A stretch of 63,720 nucleotides of DNA, counting the filler, from Trichomonas gallinae (lineage: Eukaryota), in NCBI GenBank assembly GCA_008369845.1. It is 4 parts of 4 records of this genome, joined end to end, with 100 filler letters (N's around TTAATTAATTAA, not from the genome) between each part and the next. Parts side by side here need not be neighbours in the genome. Positions count along the whole stretch, not along the records: positions 26,186 to 34,134 come from MRSU01001112.1; positions 34,235 to 63,720 come from MRSU01001113.1; 2 more parts are not named here. One strand, 5' to 3'. Positions 32,810 through 44,527 of this stretch are shown here, piece by piece. The first letter of the stretch is position 1. Each line of letters begins with the position of its first letter. Both the position numbers and the translations under genes were made by a program. The notes below the pieces were generated by a model. It worked only from the letters and a program-made list of their open reading frames with translations. It did no database searches and had not been told where the DNA came from.

Positions 32810-33450
32810 AAATTATGTTTGTAGCCATTTTTCACAAATCCACAACTATTATTCATATATTTATGAAATAATTTCTCATAATTAGCTTTTTTTCATGATG
32901 ATGTTCTATTTTTGATGGATATATCAAGGCTATATTGTTATCCATATTCTTTGCGCTAATATATATTTAGCTAATCTATATTTGTAATTGATCATTAAAT
33001 GCAGCTTTCATCAAAACAGTTTCATCATAAAAAAGAAAATTTTACATATACGAACGGTTTATGATTGCTTCATTCATTGTATTGATAGCATTAAATGTCT
33101 AGAAAACAATGATATAATCCAAATCATGGAAAAACCTGCAAAGCATTGCAATTCAAATATAAGATCATTAAAATATGGCAGTTATTGATTATTTTCATTG
33201 CCATACCTCTAATACATATGATGACTAGGGAATAATTCAAAATAATTAATAAATTTTTGGAAGAATCAAATTTTTGCTATGGATTCCTCAGATCCCAACA
33301 ATAACGTATTATATAATTCCAGTATATTGATGGTATGAAAAGACTTAATGAGAATTCCTTGATTTTGAAAAAAGAAAATCAAAATATTGAATAAAAATAA
33401 GGTATTCATGAACAGTTTACGAATAAAGTGCTTAAGGAGTAATACCTTAC

Positions 33451-34134
33451 TTACTTGGCTGGTTCAGCTGGGGCAGAAACTGATGTGTCTGGATACTTGG
33501 CTGCAAGGCGGCTTGGGTCATAAGACTGGCCTGTGATGAGGAGTCTCTGGTGGGCAGCACCGTAGACAGCGTTATAGTACTGGAATGCCTCGAAGATTGA
33601 AGCATAGGCAGCAGGAGCCTTGGCGATGTAGGCGTTAGCCTTCTCCATGAACTCCTGGTCGTACTGGTTGAACTGCTTGCGGTATTCCTCAGCCTTTGAC
33701 TCGTATTCAGCGACTGGTTTGCCCTTCTCAGCTCTTGTCTTGATTTCCTTCTCGGCATCAAGAAGAAGAACGTGGAATTTGTTCCTGCTCTCTTCGGCTT
33801 GGAAGATTAAGCCAAGATCGACAAGAAGGTGATGGACCTGCTCGCCAACATGGGCTGCAAGGTAGCTGCTCATGTTGTTGGACTCTGTGTAGAGGCTTGT
33901 ATTGCTCTGGAGGTTAACAGCAGCAGCTGGCTGGTTCTCCTCGCCCATTGGGAATAAAGCGGCGACCTTGATGGAGAGGTTTCTTGAGGACTCACCATAC
34001 TTGACGATGTTCTTCTTGTACTCGTCGAGGTCCTTCTGAATGGCGTCAAGGCGCTCCTTGTGGGACTTGATTGTTGTGAAGGTGTTTGTGAAGATTTCTG
34101 TTTCTTCTGTCTTAGCTGTGCCTGTTGCGCGCTG
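33451..34134 (-). CDS. BAR-domain-like helical protein, 5'-truncated by gap
   Basis: Frame open from the gap: QRATGTAKTEETEIFTNTFTTIKSHKERLDAIQKDLDEYKK...; strong C/G-ending codon bias. Confidence 0.6.
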   Translation of the reverse strand, partial: QRATGTAKTEETEIFTNTFTTIKSHKERLDAIQKDLDEYKKNIVKYGESSRNLSIKVAALFPMGEENQPAAAVNLQSNTSLYTESNNMSSYLAAHVGEQVHHLLVDLGLIFQAEESRNKFHVLLLDAEKEIKTRAEKGKPVAEYESKAEEYRKQFNQYDQEFMEKANAYIAKAPAAYASIFEAFQYYNAVYGAAHQRLLITGQSYDPSRLAAKYPDTSVSAPAEPAK

Positions 34135-34234
34135 NNNNNNNNNNNNNNNNNNNNNNNNNNNNNNNNNNNNNNNNNNNNTTAATTAATTAANNNNNNNNNN
34201 NNNNNNNNNNNNNNNNNNNNNNNNNNNNNNNNNN
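34135..34234. other. Artificial contig spacer
   Basis: 44 N + TTAATTAATTAA + 44 N. Confidence 0.98.
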
Positions 34235-34314
34235 CATCGCGTCACTTTTCGCGAGCGAACCCCGAATCCAAAATCAGCGAATCCATCACTAAACGGCCAG
34301 TTCGCACATCCCTA
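34235..34314 (-). mobile_element. hAT-like DNA transposon terminus
   Basis: Minus strand begins TAGGGATGTGCGAAC; GC-rich, subterminal CGAATCCA twice; runs into the gap. Confidence 0.55.
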
Positions 34315-35344
34315 TTTATAATCATCAACAATGATTGGTAAGTACAAAAATTTATCAATTTTCATAAAGCAATGACATTCATAATAACTTGCATATTTTA
34401 CTACAAAATGATGCTTTGTTTGTAATGGATTTTGTGCTTCGCATACAAAAGTTGAAAGATGATAAAGATGTTGATCAGTTTGGTAAATAAGTGTTTTTAT
34501 GATGTTAACATTTCCTTCCTTTGATTTGTATTCATCGAAATAGCAATTATCAACAGTCATTTGGCCAGAACTGTATTGACCTAAAGAATAAGAGTTGCCT
34601 TTGCATTGGATGAAGTTTGAGTTGGTAATAAATGAATTTATATCGTCACAATAAATAAATCTTTGAAAACTTGATGTATTTTTAAAATTGCAACTTTGAA
34701 TATAAAGATTATTAATCGGAGATGATACTCCTGAATATAAAGCAGGTGAATATCCTGTACCTTTGTGCATATTGTCTGCGAATGTTGAATATTTGACGCA
34801 TGACTCAGAATTAATCGAATCTATTCTATGGATGCAATATCCATTTGTGTTTGCTCGCGTTTCATTAACAGATGTGATATTTGCTGCTCCATTCATTAAA
34901 AGTATGTTAGCACAACCTGTGCCTGTTCCAGCGCCTGATTCGACAATTGTAGAGTCGAGAATTTTGTTTTGATAAGGATTTTTATCTGATACATCAACAA
35001 AGCAATAAACTCCGCCTTTAGTTTCAGTATTAGAGTCAGACTTCGATTGGTAGCTGCAGATTCTGTTTTGAATACATTGTCCGTTATTTTCGAAGAATAA
35101 AGCCCCAACAACATCCGAATTCGAACACTTCGAAAATATTGTATCCTCAGTGAGGAGTCGCGTTTCTGCTGTTGCAGAAAGAAATTCTATAGCTCGATTT
35201 GATAATTCTATAAATCCGCATTTATTCACATAGTAACTTGTTGATGCTGAGGAAAGTTTGGATCCAGTGAGCTGATGCTTCTCGTATTTGTCTGTTGTAT
35301 AAAAATTAGACCATTCTTTGAAAATATCTTTCAATAGACAACAT
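34312..35344 (-). CDS. Asn/Ser/Cys-rich beta-solenoid family member A; AUG out of frame (recoded gene or pseudogene)
   Basis: Frame open 35343-34312; initiator TCACTTTT (35360-35353) then ATG 35344 needing a +1 shift; motifs EWSNFY, CVKYST, HLSTFVC. Confidence 0.6.
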
Positions 35345-35999
35345 TAAAATTGAAAAGTGACTTTTTATCGGGCTTAAAAAAGAATTTCGGGTTACATTAT
35401 AAATCCTATGGATTTGGTGAAATCCAAATGATTCTGATTTTTCCACTATTGTACATCAATTTCAACCTATTGGTTTTAATGAAGTTTTGTTTTGTGGATT
35501 CAAGCAAAAGACGATATCGATCATACAGCTTTGACAATGTCTTCAGAAAAATGTCATCATGAATAGATGTTGTCATGAGAATCTATATTAAGCAAGGCTT
35601 CAAACCGAAGAATTTAGCATTGTTTTGTTAAATGAAAATCCAAAATTTAACATACTCCCAGTTTTACCGAGGATATATTTGGAAAAGTGAAACTAAATAA
35701 ATCTACTCTAATATTACACCAAAATGTACAGATAATGATCGGAAAATTATAGGAAATATTAAAAATTATATAGTAAATTTAGAGTATGCCGCATAAATAT
35801 TGACATTTTCATTCCATTTTGGTTCATTTCCAACAATTTCGATACAAAAGTAAAAAACTAAAGAATTTCGCAAAATTTTCATCAAAAATAGAATATATAT
35901 AGACTATATATAGCGAAAACACTAAAATTAAGACCACAACGATTATTTTCTGACATTTACTGAAAAAATTCAACAAAAACAATATATAAAAACAAGAAA

Positions 36000-37622
36000 A
36001 TGATGGAAAAGTACAAGCAAATCAAAGAATTGGGCGAAGGCAGCTACGGCAAAGCGATCCTCGTTCAATCGCGAGTGGACGAGAAGCTCTACGTCATCAA
36101 AGAAATCCGTCTTTACGGTGTAACGGAGCAAGAGAGACAAGATGCGCTGAAAGAAGTCACTGTGTTGAAATCTCTTGATAATCCATACATTGTTAAGTAT
36201 ATTGAGAGCTTCCACGAGCGTGGCAATCTTTATATCGTGATGGAATACGCAGATGGCGGAGATTTAGCACAAAAAATTCAAAATCAACACGGAAAGCACC
36301 TTACTGAACACGAAATCTTGCACGACTTCATACAATTATCACTTGCAATTAAACATATTCATGATCAAAAGATCCTACATCGAGATTTGAAATGTCAGAA
36401 CGTTTTTCTAACAAAATCAGGCGATGTTAAGCTAGGAGACTTTGGTATTTCTAAGGTTTTAGATTCTACACTGCAAATGTGCAAAACACAAATTGGAACT
36501 CCATATTATCTTTCTCCAGAAATTTGTCAAGGGCAACAGTATAATTCGAAGACGGATATATGGTCCCTTGGCTGCATATTATACGAATTATGTACCCTTA
36601 GACACGCATTTAATGCACAAAATATGAATGCATTATTAATGAATATTATATGCGGAAAGTACGCACCAATTCCATCAATATATTCAAGTGACTTAAAGCA
36701 GTTGGTTTCCGACTGTTTGACTAAAGATCCTAAAGCTCGCCCTTCAATAAATCAAATTCTCACAAGACCTATAATTAAAAAATGGATTGCCGACAAAATA
36801 TCAGGTACACCAATCACGCCGCACAAAGAAAGGCCAACAAGCCAGAATCAACACAGAGCTGAAAAGAAGCCGTTTGTACTTCCCGATCCAGTTAAGAAAT
36901 ACCATATTCCGGAGCCAAAAAAGGTATCACCTGCTCCAATTCCAACGTATGTCGAGCCCGAACCTGCAATAAATCTGAAGCGAGATTATTGGTATAATCG
37001 TAAAGAGCACGAACTCAACAGAAAGCAGTTCCACGATGAATTATATAACTCACCAAATCCATTCCTTCCTCAAGAAGAGCCAACACCGCCAAGACAACAA
37101 TCACCACAGAAATCACGCGAGAAACTTTTGACAGATGACGCTGCAGAGCGCAGAAGAATATGGGAGATGAACCATGGAGAAGCAAAAGCCAACAAAATGA
37201 GGATAATGTCTCAGCTAAAAGACTTGAAACAACTCGAAGATTCTCCGAGAAGGATAAACCCTGACAAAGAGAAGCAAAAGAACGACATGATGAAGGAGGC
37301 ACTGGATTTAAAGCCCAACTCCACAGATGACGACAGCTTTAGCGAACCTAAGCAGCCGTCCTTGATTAAAAGGAAGAACACTGTCACTGAAATTCCAAGT
37401 TTCCAAGGCAACGAGAGCCTGTTCTATAGAGCTGAGGCCATCAGAGCTTTCTTAGAGCGTGAGATCGGCATTGACGGACTGATAGACCTGAAGGAGCTGA
37501 TCCTTGAAGAAAACGAAGGCCCTTATATCAATAACCCGATTCCTGCGAAATATGACCCACAAATTATTGTTTTGACGCGTCAACTACTTATTTTGGACGA
37601 CATTCTTGCGAAAGCACAATAA
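36000..37622 (+). CDS. NEK (NIMA-related) protein kinase
   Basis: GEGSYG, HRDLKCQNVFL, DFG, IGTPYYLSPE, KTDIWSLGC. Confidence 0.95.
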   Translation: MMEKYKQIKELGEGSYGKAILVQSRVDEKLYVIKEIRLYGVTEQERQDALKEVTVLKSLDNPYIVKYIESFHERGNLYIVMEYADGGDLAQKIQNQHGKHLTEHEILHDFIQLSLAIKHIHDQKILHRDLKCQNVFLTKSGDVKLGDFGISKVLDSTLQMCKTQIGTPYYLSPEICQGQQYNSKTDIWSLGCILYELCTLRHAFNAQNMNALLMNIICGKYAPIPSIYSSDLKQLVSDCLTKDPKARPSINQILTRPIIKKWIADKISGTPITPHKERPTSQNQHRAEKKPFVLPDPVKKYHIPEPKKVSPAPIPTYVEPEPAINLKRDYWYNRKEHELNRKQFHDELYNSPNPFLPQEEPTPPRQQSPQKSREKLLTDDAAERRRIWEMNHGEAKANKMRIMSQLKDLKQLEDSPRRINPDKEKQKNDMMKEALDLKPNSTDDDSFSEPKQPSLIKRKNTVTEIPSFQGNESLFYRAEAIRAFLEREIGIDGLIDLKELILEENEGPYINNPIPAKYDPQIIVLTRQLLILDDILAKAQ

Positions 37623-38054
37623 CAAACCTAAAATGTATATGTTTATTTCTTATTAACACATGATTACATTTTTATATCTAAATTATGCATGAAAATACAT
37701 AATGATTTACTAGTATTTGTCATAATTTTATGTTTCGTGAACAAGTCTGTCATTAGTTAATATTACAAAAGCAGCTTATTCTAGAAAATTCCTCGATTAA
37801 TTTGAAATTCATTAGCATTGTCTATATTATGTTAATTTAAATGTTGGTATTGATGATTAATGTGTATTTTCTTATGATTTGTATGATAAAACATATTATT
37901 TCCATAGCAATATTTCGAGCATTTTATATTTCGAAATAACAAATGAAAATGGCATTGAATATATATATTGATTATAAGGATATGAGATGTTTCAGTTATC
38001 AAATTGAACAAAAACTTAAACAAACGCATAAAATTTAATCAAACAAAAATAAAG

Positions 38055-38489
38055 CTAATAACGAGGTGAATGTATCTTAGATGATGGCATAGAGTGTCGT
38101 AGTTGGTTTCTTAAAGAAGAAAACTTTGTATTAATAACTTTTGGATTTAATGCCAAACTAAACTGATGATTACGTGTCTGTAATGGTGAAAAGTATGAAA
38201 CTATTGGTCTGAGACCCTCGGATTTCAGGCTATTCGTATTAATATTGGGTGTGATTATGCCAGAAGTTGGCGGTGGCTGTTTTCCCAATCGACTTTGATT
38301 TGGCATACTAAATGGCTCCCAAGTAGACTTGTTTCTAATCTGCTCGAGAGCTTTGCGTTGTTGATTTTCTCGGATTTGCTCTTCAAGCATTTGCCTCTGG
38401 CGTGCTTGTTGTCTGCCTCGCTCAAGAAGCTCCTGCTGCCTCTCATATGGCAAATGATCGAACATATAATGTGTATAATTCGATGCCAT
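38055..38489 (-). CDS. Small hypothetical protein with short coiled coil
   Basis: ATG preceded by TCACTTTT; QRQMLEEQIRENQQRK. Confidence 0.65.
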   Translation of the reverse strand: MASNYTHYMFDHLPYERQQELLERGRQQARQRQMLEEQIRENQQRKALEQIRNKSTWEPFSMPNQSRLGKQPPPTSGIITPNINTNSLKSEGLRPIVSYFSPLQTRNHQFSLALNPKVINTKFSSLRNQLRHSMPSSKIHSPRY

Positions 38490-38925
38490 ATTTGAATTCC
38501 AAAATTTAATAAAAGTGACAAAGATTAATTTTCATTTTACAATGTCAAAATCAACTTTACATGTCAAATAAAATCATTTTTCAATTCATGAAGTCAAAAC
38601 CGACTATACCTTGTCAAAGAATGATATTTTTGATTTACTTATCATAATCAACTTTACAGAGTCAAATAAAAGATTGATTTGCACCACATTCAAGATTAAG
38701 TAGATGTGCTCAATATAATTAATTTTGACAAGATAAAATAGATTTTTTTGCATCATAACTCTGAAAAAGTGAAAAATAAAATCAATGTTTACAAATTAAA
38801 AGTGTCGACTTAATTGAATTGAAAAACTGACAAATTGTTTACATAATGAAAAGTGTCAAAACTCTACAGTTTGTGAAAAGTGCCATATCAGCTAGATAAA
38901 AAGTGTCAAAAACGTGACTTTCCAA

Positions 38926-39819
38926 ATGCATAATATTGGACCATACGTTCTCACAGACTTTGTCGACTCAGGATCATTTGGTGATGTCTACAAGTGCAAA
39001 AACGTGTTTACTAACGCAATTTATGCATGCAAAATAGTTGATCTTCATATTAAAGACGATCCTAAATTCCTTCAAAATTTCAAAAACGAATTGCGTATAC
39101 ACTCGCAGATGGCTCATCCCGGCATTATCCGCTTGATTGATGTTCACATAGATTCGCAATTTATTTATATCGTGATGGAATACTCTGATAGTGGCAATTT
39201 AGAGCAGCTTGTTCAAACTAATGGCGGAATCGATGAGTCGGAAGCAGTACTTTACTTCAAACAAATAATGTCAGCAATATCGTATATCCACGAAAGAGGC
39301 GTAGCACACCGCGATGTCACCTTGAAAAATATACTCGTCTCGGCAAATGGCTCGGCCAAGCTCTCAGATTTTGGTTTGTGCAAGCACCAACCGGAAAATT
39401 CTTATTTGACAACTACTTGCGGTACACTCGTTTACGTTCCACCAGAGATTCTCGAAGAGCAGCAGTACGATGGACTGAAGGCTGATATTTGGTCCGCTGG
39501 CATCTGCTTGTACGCTATGACTTGCAATCATTTGCCTTGGACTGTTGATGACTCAGTTCCTCCGGAAAAGGTTTGGGAAGAAACACAGAATCAGATATGC
39601 AACGGCGAAATTGAATACGATGATAGGCAATCCGAACTTTTGCGCGATTTACTTTCACAAATGCTCCAAGTTAATCCGGACTACCGCCCAGACGCTGAAG
39701 AGATTTTAGCTCACCCATGGCTTGCAGCTGCCGCAGACTATCAGCTCCCTGACGTGCCAGATCCAGATGCAAATCTTATTAATCTTGTTAGTTCCTTGAT
39801 AAATAACTTGGATAAGTGA
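38926..39819 (+). CDS. CAMK-group Ser/Thr kinase
   Basis: SGSFGDV, ACK, HRDVTLKN, DFG, TCGTLVYVPPE, ADIWSAG. Confidence 0.92.
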   Translation: MHNIGPYVLTDFVDSGSFGDVYKCKNVFTNAIYACKIVDLHIKDDPKFLQNFKNELRIHSQMAHPGIIRLIDVHIDSQFIYIVMEYSDSGNLEQLVQTNGGIDESEAVLYFKQIMSAISYIHERGVAHRDVTLKNILVSANGSAKLSDFGLCKHQPENSYLTTTCGTLVYVPPEILEEQQYDGLKADIWSAGICLYAMTCNHLPWTVDDSVPPEKVWEETQNQICNGEIEYDDRQSELLRDLLSQMLQVNPDYRPDAEEILAHPWLAAAADYQLPDVPDPDANLINLVSSLINNLDK

Positions 39820-40313
39820 AATTGTTGAATTAAACTGTAATTAATTTCCAAATACCGATATTTTACAGATTTTCGATATCGATTTCTCATAAATCCCCAT
39901 AATCCTTAAATAAGTTATATATAATCAGCCCTCTTCTAAAACATGTTAATTTTGCTTATTTCGTTTTTGATTTTTAGGACTAATTTGCAAAATTAAATGA
40001 AAATACTAGAAATTTTACATTATTTTTGCAAAATTCATAAATCGACATTTTTTAAACATGATTTTTAGCGTCTGATTCTAATACACATAAAAGTACTCAT
40101 AGAGATATGTAGATTTTTATGATTTTATTGATTAGAAACGATAAATAAAATTTGGAATTTTCAAAATAATGGAAAATGTTAGCCAAAACTCGATAGATGT
40201 ATTTTAAATGAGAGGAATAACAAGGAAATTAATAAGAAATTGATCAATAACAAACATAACAATGCGAAATCAAAAACAAAAAAAAATCACAATAAAAGTG
40301 ACAAGGAAGAACA

Positions 40314-40907
40314 ATGTCAAGTATTGATTTGAAAATTGTTGTTCTTGGACCAGCAGGCGTCGGCAAAACATGTGTCATCAATAGATACTGCAACGGCACT
40401 TTCCTTGAAACGACTTTGTCGACGATCGGAGCTGGATTTTTCCCACAAACAGTAAATGTTCACGATACTGAAGTAAATATGATGATTTGGGATACAGCTG
40501 GCGAAGAGAGGTTCAAGTCAATCGCCCCTTCCCTACTTAGAGGCGCAAACGGTTTAATTTTGATCTATGATGTTACTTCTCCTGATTCTTTTAACGATAT
40601 TGACGTATATCTTAACATGTTTCTCGATACAGTAGAATATGACCAATCCAAACCTCTTCCCGTCATGATTCTCGGAAATAAAGGAGATATGGAGAAAGTT
40701 GTTTTGGATGCTGTCATTAACGAATACATGGCAAAGAACAATATACCACGCCACAAGATTGTTTCTGCTAAAACAGGACAAGGAATTTCCGAGGCTTTTA
40801 CAGAATTCGTCGAAACGTTCGTATCTAAAGATATCGAGTCAGAAAAGAAAATGAATTTCATTCAGATCACACCACAAGAACCAAAGAAGCAAGGTGGATG
40901 CTGCTAA
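40314..40907 (+). CDS. Rab GTPase
   Basis: GPAGVGKT, WDTAGEERF, GNKGD, SAKTG, GGCC; AAAGTGAC upstream. Confidence 0.95.
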   Translation: MSSIDLKIVVLGPAGVGKTCVINRYCNGTFLETTLSTIGAGFFPQTVNVHDTEVNMMIWDTAGEERFKSIAPSLLRGANGLILIYDVTSPDSFNDIDVYLNMFLDTVEYDQSKPLPVMILGNKGDMEKVVLDAVINEYMAKNNIPRHKIVSAKTGQGISEAFTEFVETFVSKDIESEKKMNFIQITPQEPKKQGGCC

Positions 40908-41729
40908 TTTTTAATCGCTTATTATTTTTTGCGATAGAATCCGATAGAATATGTTTTCATATGTATTAAATCTTTCTTTCTTATCTATTCAAATGTCCGA
41001 AATCAAAAAAATCGAAGTTTACTATTCTCATTATACTTTCTTCTACAAAATCCATGGATTTCTATCATGTTATTATTCCATGCATAAATTATTTCCTTTT
41101 TTATCATATAACTCATTAGTAATATCCAACTTTGTTATTCTCTTCAAGTTATATTATTATTAGTTAACAAAAACATTAATGAGATAACCACAATAGAAGA
41201 ATTCATTATGTATCTCAATATTTCATAGCACTCTTTCCCGATAAGAAACAATATTTGAAATTTAATATGTTTCTTTCACGTCCTATCTTTGAAGTTACAG
41301 TTTGTACACATTCTAAAATCCCATTTGGATGATGTAAATATAATGGAATTCCAATTTCTGACATTTGTCAAAAATTCACCAGTTTAATAATAATTCAAGT
41401 CAACTAACTTGAATATCTTATAACTTTTTGAGATTTTCTAGTATGTGACTCTTATAATCATACTGTATCTATTACATTAATTCGGATTGATTCCAATATG
41501 AAGACCAAGTATATAATTAAACTCAATATTTGATGCAAAAAAAGAATATGTGAAAAACTGACAATAATATGGCATGTAAAGTGTCAAAAACAATAAAATA
41601 GTCAAAAATTAAATTTCGAAAATTTTGTCGAAATAGTGTAAAATAATGTATAGTTTAAAAATCAATAATTAATAAGAGTCGAACGATAGGAAATTTTGCG
41701 TTAAAATTTTCAGTTAGTGATAGTAAAAT

Positions 41730-42488
41730 ATGAGTGATCAATTAAATATGAATCAGTGGTCAGATTATGTCCGCACTCCGCCAAGTTTCGGAAGTACGCC
41801 TAACTCGCTTGTAAATTCTTCATCCGCTGTCATGGCAACTCACGTTTTGGACTCCGAATTATCTCATTTAATTTACTCATTGGGAATGCAAGATACATCA
41901 CAACTCAACGGAATGGTTGGCCCAAATCTACCAAATCAAAGCGATAATTTCAATGAAAATCGATCGATTTTAGTCACAAATGTACATCCTGAAACAACGG
42001 AAGATGAAATCAGGACGATGTTCTCTAGTGGTGATTCGCTGTACGGAATCCACACAGAAAATATCAAAAATGGAAAAGTTACATTAGATTATTACGATTT
42101 ACGACAAAGTTTCCGCGCAAAGATGCTTTTAAACGGCAACGTGTTGCATGGAAACGTTATAACAGTAGATTATGCACCTCTTACAATGGAAAATACAGAT
42201 AATAAGAAACCTCCGAATCACGGGACAATCGCAATTTTTCATTTAAAAACTACTACAGACGACCATGTTAGAGCTATTTTCGCCGAATACGGAGAAATTA
42301 GAGAGGTCAGATCTTCACCCACAAATCCAAATCAAAAATTCGTAGAATACTTTGATATAAGGTCCGCAGCTAAAGCTTTGAAAGCTAAGAACGGCAAATA
42401 TATCATGGGGAATCGTGTGAAAATTGAATTTAGTTCACCATTTAAACTTCGAAAGGAAAATAGACCGCCTATCCCAAGACCACACTAA
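41730..42488 (+). CDS. Mei2-like two-RRM RNA-binding protein
   Basis: RSILVTNV, DYYDLRQS, NHGTIAIF, YGEIREVR...KFVEYFDIRSAAKAL...KIEFS. Confidence 0.8.
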   Translation: MSDQLNMNQWSDYVRTPPSFGSTPNSLVNSSSAVMATHVLDSELSHLIYSLGMQDTSQLNGMVGPNLPNQSDNFNENRSILVTNVHPETTEDEIRTMFSSGDSLYGIHTENIKNGKVTLDYYDLRQSFRAKMLLNGNVLHGNVITVDYAPLTMENTDNKKPPNHGTIAIFHLKTTTDDHVRAIFAEYGEIREVRSSPTNPNQKFVEYFDIRSAAKALKAKNGKYIMGNRVKIEFSSPFKLRKENRPPIPRPH

Positions 42489-42886
42489 ATTCAAACTGTT
42501 AACGAACAATTTCAGGTTTTCATTATCTGGAAATCTTTAATATTCGTTTTCTTGGTTATTCAACTTGATACATCACTAAGATGTATCAGCTTTGTTTATA
42601 TTATACTAATAAATTTGTTCTATTAATTCTCGAAATGTCTCAAAAATTTAATTTACTTCTTTTTAAGCATCATTGCTTTTATTTTTAATCAATCTGTCTA
42701 TTAATATAAAGATATTGTTGGAGCAAAGGCTGAAATAATGATAATTTTTTGAAATTTTTAGATTTTAAAGATATTAAGATTTTGATAAAATATTTACCGA
42801 AAAGTATAGTACAAAGATACTATTTTTGTGATTTGTTCAGATCAATTTTAGAAATTCTTGTGACCGTTTTCTTTTATTATAAAAAA

Positions 42887-43900
42887 ATGAATGAAAATCA
42901 AATTGCTGAATTAAAGCGAGCACTTCAAGCATCCGAGGCAAGAGTCAATGTCCTCGAAAATGAACTCGCCAAGAAGACAGAGGTATTAGAGAATACTGAA
43001 GCCGTTCTATCAAATTCCCAACAGCAATATAAAGAGCTTCTTATGAGACTCTCGGAAATGAGCCAACAGCAGAAAACGAAAATCGTCGATGATACAAAAA
43101 TTATCGAACTACAAAACCAAATCGAATTAGATAAAGCACAAATAGAAAAACAAACAAATCTTATCTCTGAACAGCGCGAAAAAATAGAACTTCTCCAGAT
43201 AGAAAACGAAAAGCTAAAACAATCTGTACAATTTTATGCAGAAAAATCTTCGATTCAAGTTCCAAGAAATGCAGAAGACAGAATTCAGAAGTCTATTTAT
43301 CAGCTAAGACAGGCGCAAGAAGACATTTTAGACCTTCGCGCCGAAAATGAAAATTTGAAATATCAAATTTCATCAATGAAAAGCGAAGACAAAGCATGGG
43401 AGGAATTTGGTTATGATATATACCATGAACTTTCACGCTTTTGCGATACAAATATGCCTCTTCCTAGAGATAATCCTCGATTACTCAGAAATCAATTAAG
43501 AGATTTGATTATGGATATAGCATCAAGAAATACAAACAAGAATTTCGCTTACAGAAGTGATGATAACGAATATAAATACAAAGAAGCTAAAAAATCGTTG
43601 AGAGAAGTTCAGCATCGCTGCGATAGAATGCTTAATATTCTTGGTAAAGAAGAATCTTGCAGATATCATTCAGATCAACCATATTTTCATTATCGTCCAG
43701 AAAGATATTCAAATAGAGAATATCATGAAAGAAATATAGCAACAAGAGAAAATGAGGATGTAGTCATCAAAGAAAAGAAGAAAACTGTTAACACAAGACA
43801 AATTGATCGCACAAACACAGATGAATTAAATAGATACATTCACGAACTGCATGGAATTACAAAACAGATCAAAGGTGACTACCGCCAACTTTTCCAATAA
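42887..43900 (+). CDS. Coiled-coil hypothetical protein
   Basis: ATG at 42887 (MNENQ); long heptad-rich region. Confidence 0.75.
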   Translation: MNENQIAELKRALQASEARVNVLENELAKKTEVLENTEAVLSNSQQQYKELLMRLSEMSQQQKTKIVDDTKIIELQNQIELDKAQIEKQTNLISEQREKIELLQIENEKLKQSVQFYAEKSSIQVPRNAEDRIQKSIYQLRQAQEDILDLRAENENLKYQISSMKSEDKAWEEFGYDIYHELSRFCDTNMPLPRDNPRLLRNQLRDLIMDIASRNTNKNFAYRSDDNEYKYKEAKKSLREVQHRCDRMLNILGKEESCRYHSDQPYFHYRPERYSNREYHERNIATRENEDVVIKEKKKTVNTRQIDRTNTDELNRYIHELHGITKQIKGDYRQLFQ

Positions 43901-44527
43901 AATGTTTGATTAAAATAAAAAATATTGTTGTTTAAAACGACATTTCGTTTTGTATATTTTAATAATACTATGAACAAATACGATAAATTTAATCTGTAAT
44001 CATTTCAATCTAAAATTATTTTTGATTTTGATAATCATTATGGCTTTTTACAGACATCATTAAGCAGTAACATTAAGTAGCTCATAATATGTCTATTTTA
44101 TAGTCTTTACAAAGTTTTTATTCTTGAATTATGGGATTCAATTCAATAATATAAGATCGGAAAATTTTCTTAATGAATATGCCATAAAAATATGCAAGCT
44201 AATAATATCTTAATGAATTTTTCTTCTAATTCAGATCATTGTTGAATTTTTCAATATCGACTGGTTTTCATTGTGCGAACACTTTTGTATTCAGCTAGCA
44301 GTCAATATATAGGAAGGAAATGTTGCATGAGTAGTTAGCTGATCACTTTTATCAGTCGTTGACTTATTTTTCAGATTTTATGAATTTTATATGAAAAAAC
44401 ATATTAGAATTTAGTACCCATTTTATTTATAACAAAAAATTTAAGATCAAAATTTCATTTTTATTATCAAACAATGGATTATTATACTTTCTTCATTTAT
44501 TTCGTCCTGATTTATATCTTTAGGAAA

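Noticed and set aside
17649..34234. TTAATTAATTAA palindromes inside N runs (three copies)
   Set aside because: Identical 44+12+44 layout with six-frame stops marks an assembly linker; gene order across it is not interpretable.
3633..42886. TTG/GTG starts given by the ORF track for ordinary genes (5360, 17454, 17934, 21370, 23254, 24405, 38914, 42749)
   Set aside because: Each has a nearby in-frame ATG before the conserved region, so no non-AUG start is needed, unlike the four beta-solenoid genes.
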